Positions 24,246 to 38,500 of a DNA stretch of 64,000 nucleotides are shown one piece after another. Position 1 is the stretch's first letter. Each line of letters begins with the position of its first letter. This DNA comes from Geosiphon pyriformis uo1 (lineage: Eukaryota; Fungi; Glomeromycota). Below the pieces are notes generated by a model. That model did not search any database. It was not told the origin of the DNA and saw only the letters and a program-made list of their open reading frames with translations. Made by a program: the position numbers and the translations under genes. The stretch spans positions 2,275,622 to 2,339,621 of the forward strand of contig JAAOMT010000436.1 of assembly GCA_016748015.1 (NCBI GenBank). Direction: 5' to 3'.

Positions 24246-27200
24246 CTACATTTCAATGACAATGATTGGTTCCAGATCTCATGGTATATCTTCTGGTCTG
24301 ATTAATGAAATTTGTGTTCTTAGTTGAGGTACTGATAACAATGATTTTTGTTTTACATGATAAATTTTTAACCAATTTTCATGTGCTACTTTCTTTAAAA
24401 TCCTGTCTTCCAATTATAATTTGTAAGCTCTATTTCCTAATGCTTCATGTATGTGGAATAGATCATCCCACTTTGGGTCAAACTTTCCACTCCACTGTTT
24501 CTCAGCTTTTGTACGATGTAACAGTACTTGGTTTCCAATCTTGAATTCCATTGGTTGTTCTGATAGGTGTTTATCATGTCTTTCTTTTTGTCATTTTTAA
24601 GTGTGACTAATATTGTCAGCTGCTGTTTTTCGATTGTTTTCCAATGTTTTCATTAGCTGGTATGTTCTTTGGTGTAAGGTAGCTTCAAAATTCTCTTCAT
24701 TGATTGTTTTTGTTGGGTATGATGGTATTACTCGTTCAATTGGTAACGTAGCTTTTCTTCCATAAACTAGTTCAAATGGTGTGAACTGAGTCATATTTTG
24801 TTTTAATGTTCAGTATGCAAAGAGTACAGAAGGTATAAATAAGTCCCATTCTTGTCTGTTTTCATGACTTATTTTTGCTAGTGCTTCACACAGTGTTCTG
24901 TTAAATTGTTCTATCAGCCCGTTCATTTGTGAGTGGTATAATGACAATAAGAGTTTCTTTATTCCAAACTGTTGGCTTAGTTCAATCAGTGTATTATTAA
25001 TGAAGTGTGTTCCCTGATCAGATAATAATTCTTTCGGACATCCATGTCAGCAAATTAGGTCTTGATGCACAAATTTGGCTACTGTTTTGGCATCAGCCAC
25101 TTGGATTGCTCTGGCTTCTGGTCATTTTGTAAGATAGTTTATGACTACAGCAATATAGCAATTTCCTTGGGATGTAATTGAAAGGGGCCCAACCAAATCA
25201 ATCTCGATTCTATCAAATGGATTTCCAACTGGAATGGGTCAAAGTGGTTTTGTTGATCTTGCTCCTCCTTTTCGTTGGTATGCGTTATAATTGAGCACAT
25301 ATTCAAAAATGTCTTTATATATTGTTAGCCAATAGTATAAGTTTAGTGTTCTTTCGAGGGTAGCATTTTTGTTAAAGTATTCTGCAGTCAGATCTGAGTG
25401 CATGCTATATAGTATAGTTTCTCTTTCACTGTTCTTGATTAGTCATTGTAAGTTGGGGTAATTTTGGCATTCTCGTCAATATAGTTGGTTGTCTTGAATA
25501 AAATAATTTCAGGCTTGTTTTCATATGGTACTCTGTTCCTGTTGAGATAATATCTCCTTAAAACATAGTGTCAATAGATACTGATGTAGTCATTGATAAG
25601 TGAGTGTGTCCATGGGTCTGAGATTAGGTTTGTGGCATTCTTGACAAACTGTCGGCATTGGTGTTCTTGGATCCTTCCTTGTAATGGACTTCGAGTGGGA
25701 ATTGTTGCAGATAAGTACTTCATCTTGCATATTTTCTTTCTAGTTGTGGATTGTTGAGTAACCAAATAAGTCCTTTGTGGTCAGTATATAGGTCAAATGG
25801 TTGACTGAAGTAATGTTTTCAAGTCTATATGGCCCAATAAATAGCAAGACATTCCAGATCTGTTGTGCTGTAATTTTTTTCTACTGGACTAGTGCTGTGA
25901 CTAGCATAGACAACTGGGTGTTCTTTATTGTCTAGTCTTATCTGTAATAAGACTGCTTTTAGAGCATTTTTTGAGGCGTCCATAGTGACAATAAACTGTT
26001 TAGTGAAATCTGGATAAATCAGGATTGGGGATGTGATCAATCACTACTTGAGATAGTCGAATGCTTTTTGTTGATCTTTCTTCCACAAGTACAGTACGTA
26101 TTTGGACAACAATTGATGGAGTGGTTTTGCAATGTTCAAAAAACCTTTGACAAATCGACGATAATATTTTGCCAATCTTAGAAATCCTCGTAATTCTCTA
26201 AAGTTGATTGGGGCTGGAAAATCCTTGACTTTTTGTACTTTATCTGGATCGGGTTTAACTCCATTCTTGCTGATTACATGTCCTAGGAATTTTAACTCAG
26301 TTTTTCCAAAGAAGCACTTTTCAGGATTGAGTTTCAATCCAGCACTATAAAGGCATTTGAAGATTTGTTGTAGGTAGAGCAGATAGTCATCGAATGTTTT
26401 GGAGAACACATTTGTGTCATCTAGATAGACTACTACTAATTTCCAAAGAATTCCTTTGTATACTACATCCATCAGGCATTGAAATATGGCAGGAGCATTA
26501 CAAAGTCCAAAAGGCATTACATTAAACTCAAAGTTTCTATCTCAAGTGGTAAACGCTGTTTTTCCTTTGTTTTTGGGGTCCATTTCAACTTGCCAGTAAC
26601 CACTTGCTAAATTTAATAACAAGAACCATTTCTTTTTCTCTAAATTGTCCAGAATTTCCTGGATAAGGGGAGTGAGATAACTATCTCCTTGTGTAATGCT
26701 ATTTAATTTTTGATAATTTATGCAGAATTGTACTTTTCCATTTTTCTTGGTGACCAAAACTACTGGAGAAGACCAAGAGCTTAACAATTCTTTGATTAGG
26801 CTGTTATTAAGTATTTATTGCACTTCTTGCTTAATTAAGTTATTACCAGATGGGGGTACATGGTAAGCTCGTTGCTTAATCGGTCGAGCATCTCCCGTAT
26901 CAATCTGATGCTTTATAATGTTGGTGCATCTGAACTCATTTTCACTGGCAAAGACATTGGCATACGGATTCAGAAGGACTTTGAATTGCATTTGTTGCAG
27001 AATACTTAAATTTCCTAAATTCAATTTATTGATCTCTTTTGGTGTGAACAAGTAACTTTTTTTTGGCAAATTTCATACTTGTAAGGTAATGTTACAGAAT
27101 AAGAATAATTGTGTGAAATTTGGAATGGACTGGGGTTTTTCAGAATTTTGAATATCTACGAATATGAAACTGATAAGGGTCCCTTCGGGAATTTCAATGA

Positions 27201-30200
27201 CATCTTCTGTTAGGTTGTGGATGGGGATTTTGAAGTGTTTATGGGCTTTGGCTAGTAGGTATAGATTAGCAACATCAGCTAGAGAACAGATTTTAGGACT
27301 GGCTTCAAATAACAGGGCTTGATCTTGGATCTTTTAATTTATCTTGAGGATGTATTGTCAGTATAGAGGAATGGAAATAATGATGTCAGTGTTTATAAAT
27401 TCTATTTGGTCACTGTTTTCTTCCATGAAATTAACTGGTACATTTCCTCTTCCACTTGATCCAAACCCATTGATTCCTCGGACAGTGAGGCCTAACTCTT
27501 TTCGGGTTGTTACCAGGATTAATTGGGGTATTTTGACTAGGGGTAGGAAGATAGCTTGGGCAATCTTTTCTTGTGATTCTATTTTGTAGAGTCTATCCAA
27601 ATTGTCCTGTAGCATCACGATAATGTTTCCCATGTAACTGGCATCAATGATTCCTTCTTTTACATCGATTTTTTTCTTGGCTAGACTAGATCGAGAGGCA
27701 ACTTGTATTATTGTACTAACAAAAATTTCTAACACTATCTTAAGATTTATTTTTACAAAGGAATGTGGGACTATAATAATAGATGATTGTCTGGGGTATC
27801 ATAGGTCAAAACTGGCATCAGTGTCATGCACTCTTTTGGGGCAGATTTTTTCTTCGTTTTCACTGTACCATTTTAGCTCTAGTTCTTTGAATAGATCAGG
27901 ATATGCGAAATACTGTTCTGTTTCAGTATCCTCAGTTGGATCTTGAAATGACATGTTCTCAGTGATCAATACCTCTTTTTCAGGCTCAGATAGTTCAGTG
28001 ATTGGAAACAGTATTCTTGGAGGCAGATTAAACATGAGATCACATTCATCACAGTACTGGAAGTGACAGAGGATCAAACAGTGATCACACAGTTTGGTAT
28101 TCAAATCAGCCAACCTTTGCTTCTGTTTTTCATAAGTTGGAGCCAATTTCTGATATCAGTTCTGAAATGTGTCTGGGTCATCTGTGAAAAAATCATCCTC
28201 GGGGTAGTCGGGTCCATTATATTTGGGCGTCCAAGAGTTGTTTTTGATTTCTCGTATTTCTTCAGACATAGCACCTTTGGCCTTGGTGCTTGCCATTCTC
28301 CAGATTTTATGATTATCATGTAGATAACTGTCCAGTCTGTTGAGTGCTTGTTTCCAAGTATCCTTGATGAGGGTTCCCTTTTGTACCCAATCATTGATTA
28401 ATATGGTGTATTGACAAATCTTGTTGCATGTTTCTCTTCTGCCAGACATATTATTCCAAAGTTCTTTATCTGGCAGGATTTTGCCACATGTGAGGCATGG
28501 CGTCCCACTTGCCTTATCGTTTTGGTCATCCAAATCTTTTCAGTAAACAAGGTCTGCAATAGTATTTGGTGGCAGTGGGCCATTCTTCATTGTTCCCAAT
28601 ACATGCGCCTATAGTGGATAGTTTTTTTCCACAATCAACACATATTAGTTTTGGGGGTTGGTAAAATAAGTTTTTTTAGTCCGAGGTTATGTATCCTAGT
28701 GATGACAATTGGGGTTCTTCTTCAGCTCTGCCTTTTTTTTTTCTTTCCAGGTTGGTGGTGGGGGTAGTTCAGTTTGATAATCATCCACCCATGAAACCTG
28801 ATAGGTCTCGATGGTTGGTAGCATTGATGTGTCTTCAAATTCAATAAGGGGTTCCTCAGTACATTGGGTTTTAAAGTGTCTACACGTAGTTGAGACTTGA
28901 GAATGCTGTCTGTTGAATGTGAGTTGAAGTTTTTGGGTGTTCCAGTTGAGAGTAGCATTGGCTTTTGACAATCAATTGTTTTCTACTAGAGCTTGATATT
29001 AAGTAGCTTCTATGATGAGTACTTTGGTAGGGATTTGGATTCTATTAATCTTGAAGGGGAAGTTGTCAATTTCTCCTATTGGGGTTTTTGTGTTTCCATC
29101 TGCTGTAATAATCCAAGCAGTAGCAGCACAGTCTACTTGGCAACCTAGTTGATTTATGAGCTGCTTCGTGATTATGCTACCAGCTGATCTGCTATTCAGG
29201 ATTAATTTAATGTTTATTTCTCTGACTCTGGCATCAGTGTATAGGGCCATTATTGGTTTATTCTGATTAATGACTGCTCCACTAAAAAGGCTATGGGTGT
29301 TTAAATTATTGATGTCAAAAGAAAATATGGTGGCTAGGATGGTGCCTTCAGTAATAGTGGCTGGTAAGATATTGCTTTTTGTTTGCTTGGAAGGTTAGGA
29401 GATTCGTTCTATATCCTCTCCTTTCACAGGTGTAGATTTATCAAAACCTTGGTCTTCTATAAGACCGAGATAGGAAGCTTGATTTGGGTATCCAGTTGGT
29501 GTTGATTGAAATTGGGCAGGACTGCAAGAGATTGGTCGAGACAGTCCACTGTTGGTTTGCACCTAATTGTTGTTGGGATTCCTTCATCCTTGATTATAGT
29601 TTATAGCTCGAGATCTGGATGGGCTGTAAGGGGAAGTTTGATAGTGAGAGATTGTTTGTGTCATTGGTGGTAGTTGATAATAATTCTGGGGCAGTGGTTG
29701 AGTGTACAGAACTTGTTGTGCATATAGGGGTGGTTGATTCTGAAGTATAGAATATTGGGGTACCATGTTTTGCTGATATCTGGATTGCTGGTATGGGTTT
29801 CTTTGATTTTGGTTCATGATCTTTTTTTTGCAGTCATGAGCGATGTGTTCAGATTTCTGGTAGTAGTAATAGTTGTGGGGATCGGATCTCCAAGATTGTT
29901 GCTGTTGCTAACAGTTCTGTTGCTGTGGATATCTGCTGTTGTTGTTATTTTCTCTCTGTTGGGGTGGTTGGTAAGTTCCTGTAGTTCTGGCTAAGAATTC
30001 CTCAATTTTCTGAGTTAGTTTTTCACTCAATTGGGTTATTTTTGCATTGATGTCAGAGGTTCCATTAATGGCTAAATTAACAGCTTGGGTATAGTTCACT
30101 TCTTGTTCTGCAAACTCAAAATCACAAGCAAAAGTGACGGCGTCTTGTAAACTGGTCAGATGGCAGGGTCTTACAGATCTTAGAATACTACTCCACAATC

Positions 30201-31407
30201 TTTTAATGAATTGATTAAGAACTTGTACCGCAGTGTAGTAGTCCCTTTCGATAACTAATATTTGACGCAGAATTTGATTGAATCGTCCGAGATAAGTAGT
30301 TACTGCTTCATGATCTTTTTATTTAATTATGCTGAATTGATTCTGCAATTGGATTAACATATTGGGGTCACAGAAGTATTGCAGAAATGCGAGTTTAAAC
30401 TCAGTGAAGAAGGTAGGCTTCTCTGCCAGACTCTGGTATCACGAATTGGTGGTTCTGGTCAGAAAAAATGGCAGTGCCTAAATTGTGTGGTTATTGTTTC
30501 AACAGTTGGCAGTAATTGCTTTCTCAGTGTTCACGATCCAAGAATATGTGTTATCTTTTTCACCAGAGAATTTTTCCAATTTAGCAATATCCTGGTAAGT
30601 CATGATCCAGTTAATGGGTGGAGTATTACTGATTATGTTTAAAGGGATTGGTGTCTGCGTATTCGAGTGTTCTCCAGGTGCTAATGCTGGTTGCTTTTCT
30701 TTGTCACTTGAACCAATAGGTTGTAAGATAGCTGTTTCTTCTATCAGGGGAGATGCTGATTCTGCTAAGTTTTGTGCTGGTGGCTGTTCCCAAGTTGATG
30801 GGTTTCCTTCTGTTTGACCGGCCACTGGAGTAAGATTTCCAAACAGCAATCTGTATTCTCCTAGTGATTTGGTCCAACTGTGTTGATTCCAAGGGTGTGG
30901 ATTTTTAGAAGTTTGTGGTGTTTCCAACTGGGTTTCCGGGGGTGGGTTGAATACAATTCTACTTTGGGGTGTCTGATGGTATAATGGAGTTGTTGGAGAG
31001 AGAATTCTTGGTTTTTTGTTGACCGTGGACTTGGCTTGGGCAGTTATGGGGTTGTTAGATTTGTTTTCGTATTCCTCAGGGTTGGATTTTACTGGTTGTT
31101 ATACTTGAGAGAATTGTTGTGCCACGTAATATTTAATGTCTATATCAATTATGCATAGAGTTTCAGTGATTGCTCAGGTAGTCGTGGCTGTTGAGTATCC
31201 TAGTAAGCTTTAATGGATTTGTTCTCTAAGTCTTCCTGTATTAGTTGTGTGGCCTAACAAGCAGTCAATTTTTGCATTGATATAGTTACAAAAATTACTT
31301 TCTGTGTAAGTGGTTTCTGCTAGTATTCCTAGGTCTTTTCGAAAGTATTAAAATAGTGCTTTTCCATATGAGGAGTGGTCCTTTCCTATTGTTCCAATAG
31401 TTGCCAC
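24246..31407 (-). pseudogene. gag-pol of B1 (Gag, protease, Cys-rich region, dUTPase, RT, RNase H, integrase)
   Basis: Fragments carry LEKFSGE, LILNSRSAG, DASFDL..SRSSLA..GIIDASYMG..IAQAIF..GFGSSG, YLDD and MDAS motifs. Confidence 0.92.
27450..27830 (-). pseudogene. dUTPase domain in B1 pol
   Basis: Trimeric dUTPase motifs 1-5 recognisable: DASFDL, SRSSLA, GIIDASYMG, KIAQ, RGINGFGSSG. Confidence 0.9.
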
Positions 31408-32593
31408 TTTTATGTATTTTTGGGGGTGCTCTGTTTCTGTGGATTTATAACCTTACAGGAAGCACCAAATGTTACGGGTAAACTTGGTGGATATGGGAAA
31501 TGATAATGTTTGGTGCTCTCAATTATTGATAACACATCTTCCACGTAATTCTGTTGGCTTAGCTTTGATTATCAGTCTCTGAAGATCTATTTTTGGATGT
31601 GAATTTACCCATTGAGTTCTTTGGTTATAAGGCACAGAGTTTGTCTTTCGTTGATTGCAACGTTTTTTGTAAATGTGAGCTCTCTTCTCTGAGCTAATAA
31701 GCACAGTTGTTAGGGTCTGGCATTGTCTTTTTGCCCTTCTAATAAGCTAACAAGATAAAGTTAATATCCAAAACTTAGAGGAAGCTTCCCTCTTTTATCA
31801 GACTATCACAAAGTCTATTCTCAGACAGTCAATTTTACTATGTTGCTGCTCCACAAAAATAAGACAGAAAAAGAAAAAAAAAGAAAAAGAAAAAAAAAGA
31901 AAAGAGAGAAAAGATAAATTAGTATTGTCAATTGCTGTGATCAAGAGCAATTGGTCCAAATTGTTAATAGGTTCGAGATGGTTATGCTAAAAGCATCTAT
32001 CCTAGAACAGAGGTACAAGACAAGGGTTAATTCACGTAAATTTCACAAAGTTCAAGAACATCAATTCGTGATTCTGATTTCTTTAATAATTGGTTTATTT
32101 CAAGAGATGAAAGAGGGAAGATAATAAAAGATGAAAGGGTATGGATATTTTAATTCTTGTCTAAAAGTTTGTATCTATCTGTCTGTCTTTTCTCACTTTT
32201 ACAACTACTTGTTTTTATACATTCTTTTGGTTTTACAGGATTGCTTTCAATTGTTTCGCTATCGCTAGCTATTGCTTTGTTGTTTTTGTTATTGCTTTGT
32301 TTTTCTACGTTATCGCTAGTTATCCTATATTATAACACGTTATCTGACATTATTACATATTATTCTGTGTTATCCTGCATTATAACACATTATCCTATAT
32401 TATTGCATGCTATTTTGTGTTATCCTGTATTATAACACGTTATCCTATGTTATAATGTATTATTCAACATTATTGCACATTATTCTGTGTTATGTCACGT
32501 TTTGGTTACATTTCTTCATAACTTTGGATCGGTTTTTCTACTCGGATAACAATGTCTACTATGTCTTTATATACTTTTTTTTATTGTTCAATT

Positions 32594-35500
32594 TTACGTG
32601 TTTGGTTCAATGATTATGATTGGTTCCAGATTTCATGGAATCTCATCTGATTGGACTAATATTCTCTGTACTCCTAATTGTAGAATATTACTGGTAGATA
32701 GTAATACTATATGGTAATATGGTTTCAGTCAATCACTATATGCTGCTTTGACTAAGATTTTGTTGTTCTATCTTAATTTATAAGCTTCATTTCCAAGAAT
32801 TTCTTTTATGTGAAATGGTTTGTCTTATTTGGAGTCAAATTTTCTACTTTATTGTTTTTTTATTTTGGTATGATGTAAAAGTACTTTGTCTCCAATCTTG
32901 AATTTAATTGGTTTATTTGGTAGTTGGTTGTCATGTCTTTCTTTTTGTTTTTTTTGTGACTTTTGGATGTTATCAGCTGCTTTTTGTCATTTGTTTTCTA
33001 GTGTTTCCATCAAGTTATATGTTCTTTTTAGCAATATTTCCTAAAAATTGTCTTCAGTTATTGGTTCTGTTAGATAAGTGTTGACTTCTATCTCAACTGG
33101 TAATGTTGCTGTTCTATTGTATACTAATTTAAATGGTGTTACTTGTGTAGTGTTTTGCTTCATTGTCCAATAAGCAAATAATACTAATGGTATAAACAAG
33201 TCTTATTTGTCTTGGTTTTTTTAACTGATCTTGGTAATTGCTTTACACAATGTTCTGTTAAATCTTTTAACTAACCCATTTGTTTGTGGATGATATGGTA
33301 ATGATAATGGTCTTTTTATCCCAAATCTTTGACTTAATTCTGCCAATGTTCTATTCACAAAGTGAATTCTTTGATCTGATAGTAGTTCTTTTAGACATCT
33401 TTGTTGACATATCAAATTTTGATAAATGAATTCAGTAATGGATTCTGTGTCTGTTCTTTGAATGGCTTTTGTTTTTGGCCATTTAGTGAGATAGTCCATG
33501 ACTACTGCAATATATCTGTTGCCTCTATTGGTGATTGTTAATGATCTGATTAAGTCAATTCCAATGTGATCAAATGGTTGTTCTACTTTAATTGGTTTCA
33601 ATGGTTCTCTGGCTCTTGTTCTTCCTTTTTTCTGACAAACATTACAATTTTGAACATATTGGATGATGTCTGGATACATTAATGGCCAATAATATCTTTT
33701 TCTGGTTCTTTCTATGGTTGTTTCTTTATGGAAATATCCTGCTGTTGGATCTAAGTACATGTTGAATAATATTGTTTCTTTCTCTGGTTCTGTAATTACT
33801 TTAGTTGGTTGATTTGGATTTTTTCTGTTCTTCCAGTAAAGTATATTTTGATGGTTGATAAAATATTTTGATTGTTGTTTTATGTTTTTTTGTTCTTTTT
33901 AAGATAATTTTTCCTTGAACAATTGGGTATTTATATAATATTATAGTTGTTGGTATTTTTGTATATTCATCTTTTGTTATATTTTTGGGTTAAAATGTTT
34001 TTAGATTTATTTCATTGATGACAGACCATTAGCATTTCCATTTTTTTTCTCTTTTTGTAATATACTGTATAATTAAATGGTGAAAGTTCTATTTTTCATC
34101 TAACATAGTAGTTGTCTCCAAATTTCTGTTTCTGAATTGAAGTCAATCCTTTGTGATCAGTGTACACATCAAACTTTTGACTTAAGTATTCTTTCCACTT
34201 GATAACAGCCCAATAGATAGCTAAGTGTTCTAGTGCTGAAGTTCTATAGTTCTTTTCAGCTGAACTTAAGCTTCTACTGGCATAAACTACTAAATGCTCT
34301 CTTCCATCCAGTCTTCTCTGTGATAGTACTGCTTCCAATGCTTAACCTAATGCATCAGTTGTTATTATGAATGGCTTGCTATGATCTGGATAGATCAGTA
34401 TTGAGGCTTAAACAAACTTTCTTCTCAATATGTTAAAAGCTTTTTGTTGAGTTTTAGTCTATTTGTATTTGGTGTTCTTTGTTTGGAATTGGTATAATAG
34501 TTGAGTTATTTTGGAAAAGTCTTTGATAAAGTGGTGGTAATATCCAGCAAATTCCAAGAATGCTCTCAATTTTGTGAGATTATTTGGTACTGGAAAGTTC
34601 TTGACAATCTTAATCTTGTCTGAATCTGTTTTAATTCTGTCTTTGCTCATCACATGTCCCAAAATCTTGAGTTCTGTTTTTCCAAAGAAGCATTTAGTTG
34701 TATTTAGCTTTAATCCAGCTCTTCTTAGTCTTTCAAACACTTGTTGAAGATAATGTAGATGATCATCAAATGTTTTCGAAAACACATTGGTGTTATCCAA
34801 GTATACAACTACTGATTTCCATAGTAGTCTAGTATAAACAATTTCTATAAGTCATTGGAATGTTGCTGGAGCATTCATCAAGCCAAATGGCATTACTTCA
34901 AATTCAAAATTTCCTTCTCAAGTTGTGAAAGCTGTTTTCTTCTTGTCTTCTGGTTTCATGGCTACTTGCTAGTAACCACTGTCTAAGTCTAACGTTGAAA
35001 ACCATTTCTTTTCTCCAAAAGCATCGAAAAGTTCTTGGATCTTTGAAGTTGGGTAACTGTCTCTTTTTATTACTCCATTCAGTTTCTGGTAATTCACACA
35101 AAAGCAGATTTTTCCATTTTTTTTACAGACTAGTACTACTAGTGATGACCATAGACTTATTGATGGCTGAATAAACCATTGTTGAGCATCCGATTAATTT
35201 CTTGACAAATGATCTTATGGCTAGCTGATGGTACTCTATATGCTTTTTGTTTAATTGGCATTGTATCTCTAGTCTTGATTTAATGTTGGATGATGTCAGT
35301 TCTGTCAAATTTGTTTTTGTTAGCAAAAATGTTATTGAAGTTGTTAAGTAACATCGTGAGTTGCATCTGTTGAAGTGGGTCTAGATTTCTCAAATTCATC
35401 TGTTTTAATTGTTCTGGTTGGAGCAAATAACATTTTTCTTATCCATATATGGTTTGAGATATGATATTCACATATTCACACAGTTGTGAAAAGTCTGAAA

Positions 35501-38500
35501 TGGTGTCTGGAAATTGATCTTCAATTTCTGTAGTCAGATATCCAATGGTGGTTCTTTCTGGTATCTTGATAATGTCTCCCATATTGTTGTAAATAGGGAT
35601 TTTGATGTGGCTGTGGTTTTTGGCTGATATGTGTAGATTGACTAATCCGATCTTTTCTGATTCACAAAGTGTTGCTTCTGCCTCAAAAATTTGAACCTAA
35701 TCTCTTACTTTTCTCTTTATGACTATCATATACTGATTATATAGTGAAATAGAAATTGATTAACAAGTGAAGATAATTTTTCTCTTGTCAATAATTTTTT
35801 CTTCTGCCATATTAACTGGTACATCTATTCTACCTGTGAATCCAAATCCTTATATCTCTCTAGCTGTGATCCCTAATTTTTCTCTGTTTCTTACTGATAC
35901 TAATTGAGCTACTTTTACTAGAGGTAGAAATATTACTTGTGCTATCTTTTTATTTGGATCTATAATATATGCCTTTTCTGAGTCATTTTGTAGTATAGCA
36001 ATGATATTTCCTATATATCTTGTGTCAATTATTCCTCCTCTGATGTTGATTCCCTTTTTGGCTAAGCTACTCCTAAATGCTAACTGAACCATTGTTGTTG
36101 CTAGAATTTTCAGTGCTATTTTGAGATCAATACAAGTGTGCGAATGGAATTCCAATTTGATAAAATCTTTTTTCAGATATCTCAGATCAAACCCTGCATC
36201 AATATCATGTATGCATTCTGGCATAATACCTTTATTATTATTGCTGAACCATTTAAGTTTCTGTTCCTTGGTGAGATTAGAGAGTGTAATGTATGTTTTG
36301 GGGTTTGAATCAGAGTTCAAATCACTATATTTTCTATTGTCATATTGAGCAGAGCTGGAACCATTGTTTTTGTCATTGTCATTGTCAGAGTTTGAATTGG
36401 AATTGAAAGTTGATTCTGATTCTGATGCGCAGCTGCTGATTGGTTTTTTTTCTTCTGAGATTGTATAGATCATGCAGATTGGTGGATTGTAAATGAGATC
36501 ACACTCATTATAATATTGAAAGTCACAGAGAATTAAGCAATGTTAACATAATCAAGTATTCAACTGCTCTAAACACTGCTCTTATTCTTTCTTAGTAGGT
36601 GTTAATTGTTGGTAATGTTCATGGAATTCTTTCAGATCATCTTTCATGTTACCAAAGACATTGAAGGTGAGAATGTATTCAGGTTTGGGCAGTGAGAGTG
36701 GGTTATTTTTAATTTCTAATAATTTGCTGGTAGTGGTATTTTCTACTTTCACACTCACCATTTTCCAGATTTCATGTTCATTGTGAGGATATTTTTCCAA
36801 TCATCACAACACTCTTTTTCAGGCATCATTAATTGGAGTTCTTTTGCAGACCTAGTTATTTATTAGGATAATATATTGGCATGTCTTATTGCACATTCTT
36901 TCTTATCTAGAAATGTCATTTCACATTCCTTTGTTAGACAAAACAGCTCCACATGCAAGACAAGGTTTGTTATCCCATTTTCTCTGTCTTTTTGGGCATC
37001 TAAACCATTCTATGACACATGAGCGACAATAGAACTTTGTTGCTGTGGAGTATTTCTTGTTATTGTCACAACATGCACTCATTGATGACAATTTCTTGCC
37101 GCAATCTACACATACTAATTTTGGTTAGTGATAATTAGATAGTAGTGATGAAAAATAGGCATATGGGCTATAAGTAGTGGTTAGTGTTGGACTTTCTTCT
37201 TCTTCTTTCCCCTTTTTCTTATTGTTATCTTCTTTCCACTCCTAAGTTATTAGTTTGTCCTAATTGTCATTGGTTACTTAAACTTGGTTGGCATTCCAGG
37301 TAGGTTCTTCTTTTTTTCTTGTCATCCCAAGAGAGTATTAGTGGTAGCTCATTGTAATCTTTATTGGCCCAGAAGACTTGGTAGGCTTCCCAAGTAAGTT
37401 TTTTTTCTTCTTTTTCGAACTCAATAAGTGGTGCTGTTGGCATGGTGATTAGCTTAAAGTAACCACATGTGGCTGGTACACGTATGTGTTAACCATTTTG
37501 ACTAAGCTAAAGCTCTTGGGTGTTCCAATTAAGTGTTACATAAGTTTTGGACAGCCAGTTATTGCCAATAAGTGCTTGGTACTGAATGGCTTCTATGACT
37601 AATATCTTGATCAGTACAATGATGCTGTTGACTTCAATGGGTAGGGCATCTATTTCACCAATTGGAGTCTTGGTGGCTTCATCAGCAGTAATTATCCTTG
37701 CACTGGCAGCTCAATCAACTTGGTAACTTAATTGGTCTATAAGTTGTTTTGTGATGATGCTGCCAGCTGATCTACTATCTAGAATCAGTTTGATAGAATG
37801 ACCATTAATTTTGGCATCAGTGTATATTGCCATGATGGGTTTTTCCTTGAATGCAACTCCACTGAACAAAGAGGTTTCTGTCGGTTCCTCAATTTCGAAA
37901 AAAAATATAGCTGCTAAGAACTTGTTTTCTATGATGGTGGCTGGTAGTATATTGCTAATAAATAATTTTTGGTTTGTTTCCAAGTTATTAGATGGGGCAT
38001 CTTCTGGGGTAACCAGGAGACTTAAATAGTTCTGGAAACTTGGGTTTTGAGTATACCCAGTTCTTGAACTTTACTGTTGTAATTCTAATGGCTGGTTGGA
38101 TGAACTGAGAATTAGTTGGTGGACAACCATTGCTGATCTCCAGTTTTGGGTAACTCTTAATCTAGAGTTTTCTGATGTCATTTGAGCTGGGTTTGATGGC
38201 AGTGTTTGAACTGTAAGTGTCTGATAAATTATTTGTAACTGCAATAGTTGATATATTACTGGTGCTGCTGGTTGATAGAATAAAGCTTGATATACTAGTG
38301 GTTGATAGATTGATGGCTGCATTACTAGTAGATAATTCAATTGATATATTTCTGGATTAGATTGATATCTTGGAGTCTAAAACTGGCAATTGGGATTTCA
38401 ATATTGATTTTCCAATTGTTGGTTTTCTATCCTTAACCTGCAGTCAATCTTTAAAGGTCCTTGTTTACTACAGTAGTGGCAAACACACATCTTTTGTTGC

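Larger units (their letters stand above)
22335..32551 (-). mobile_element. Complete family-B element B1 (10.2 kb), TSD ATAT/ATGT
   Basis: 3' LTR 22335-23416, 5' LTR 31470-32551, PBS TGGTGCTTCCTGTAAGG at 31451-31467, PPT AAAAAGAGAGGGATAA. Confidence 0.96.
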
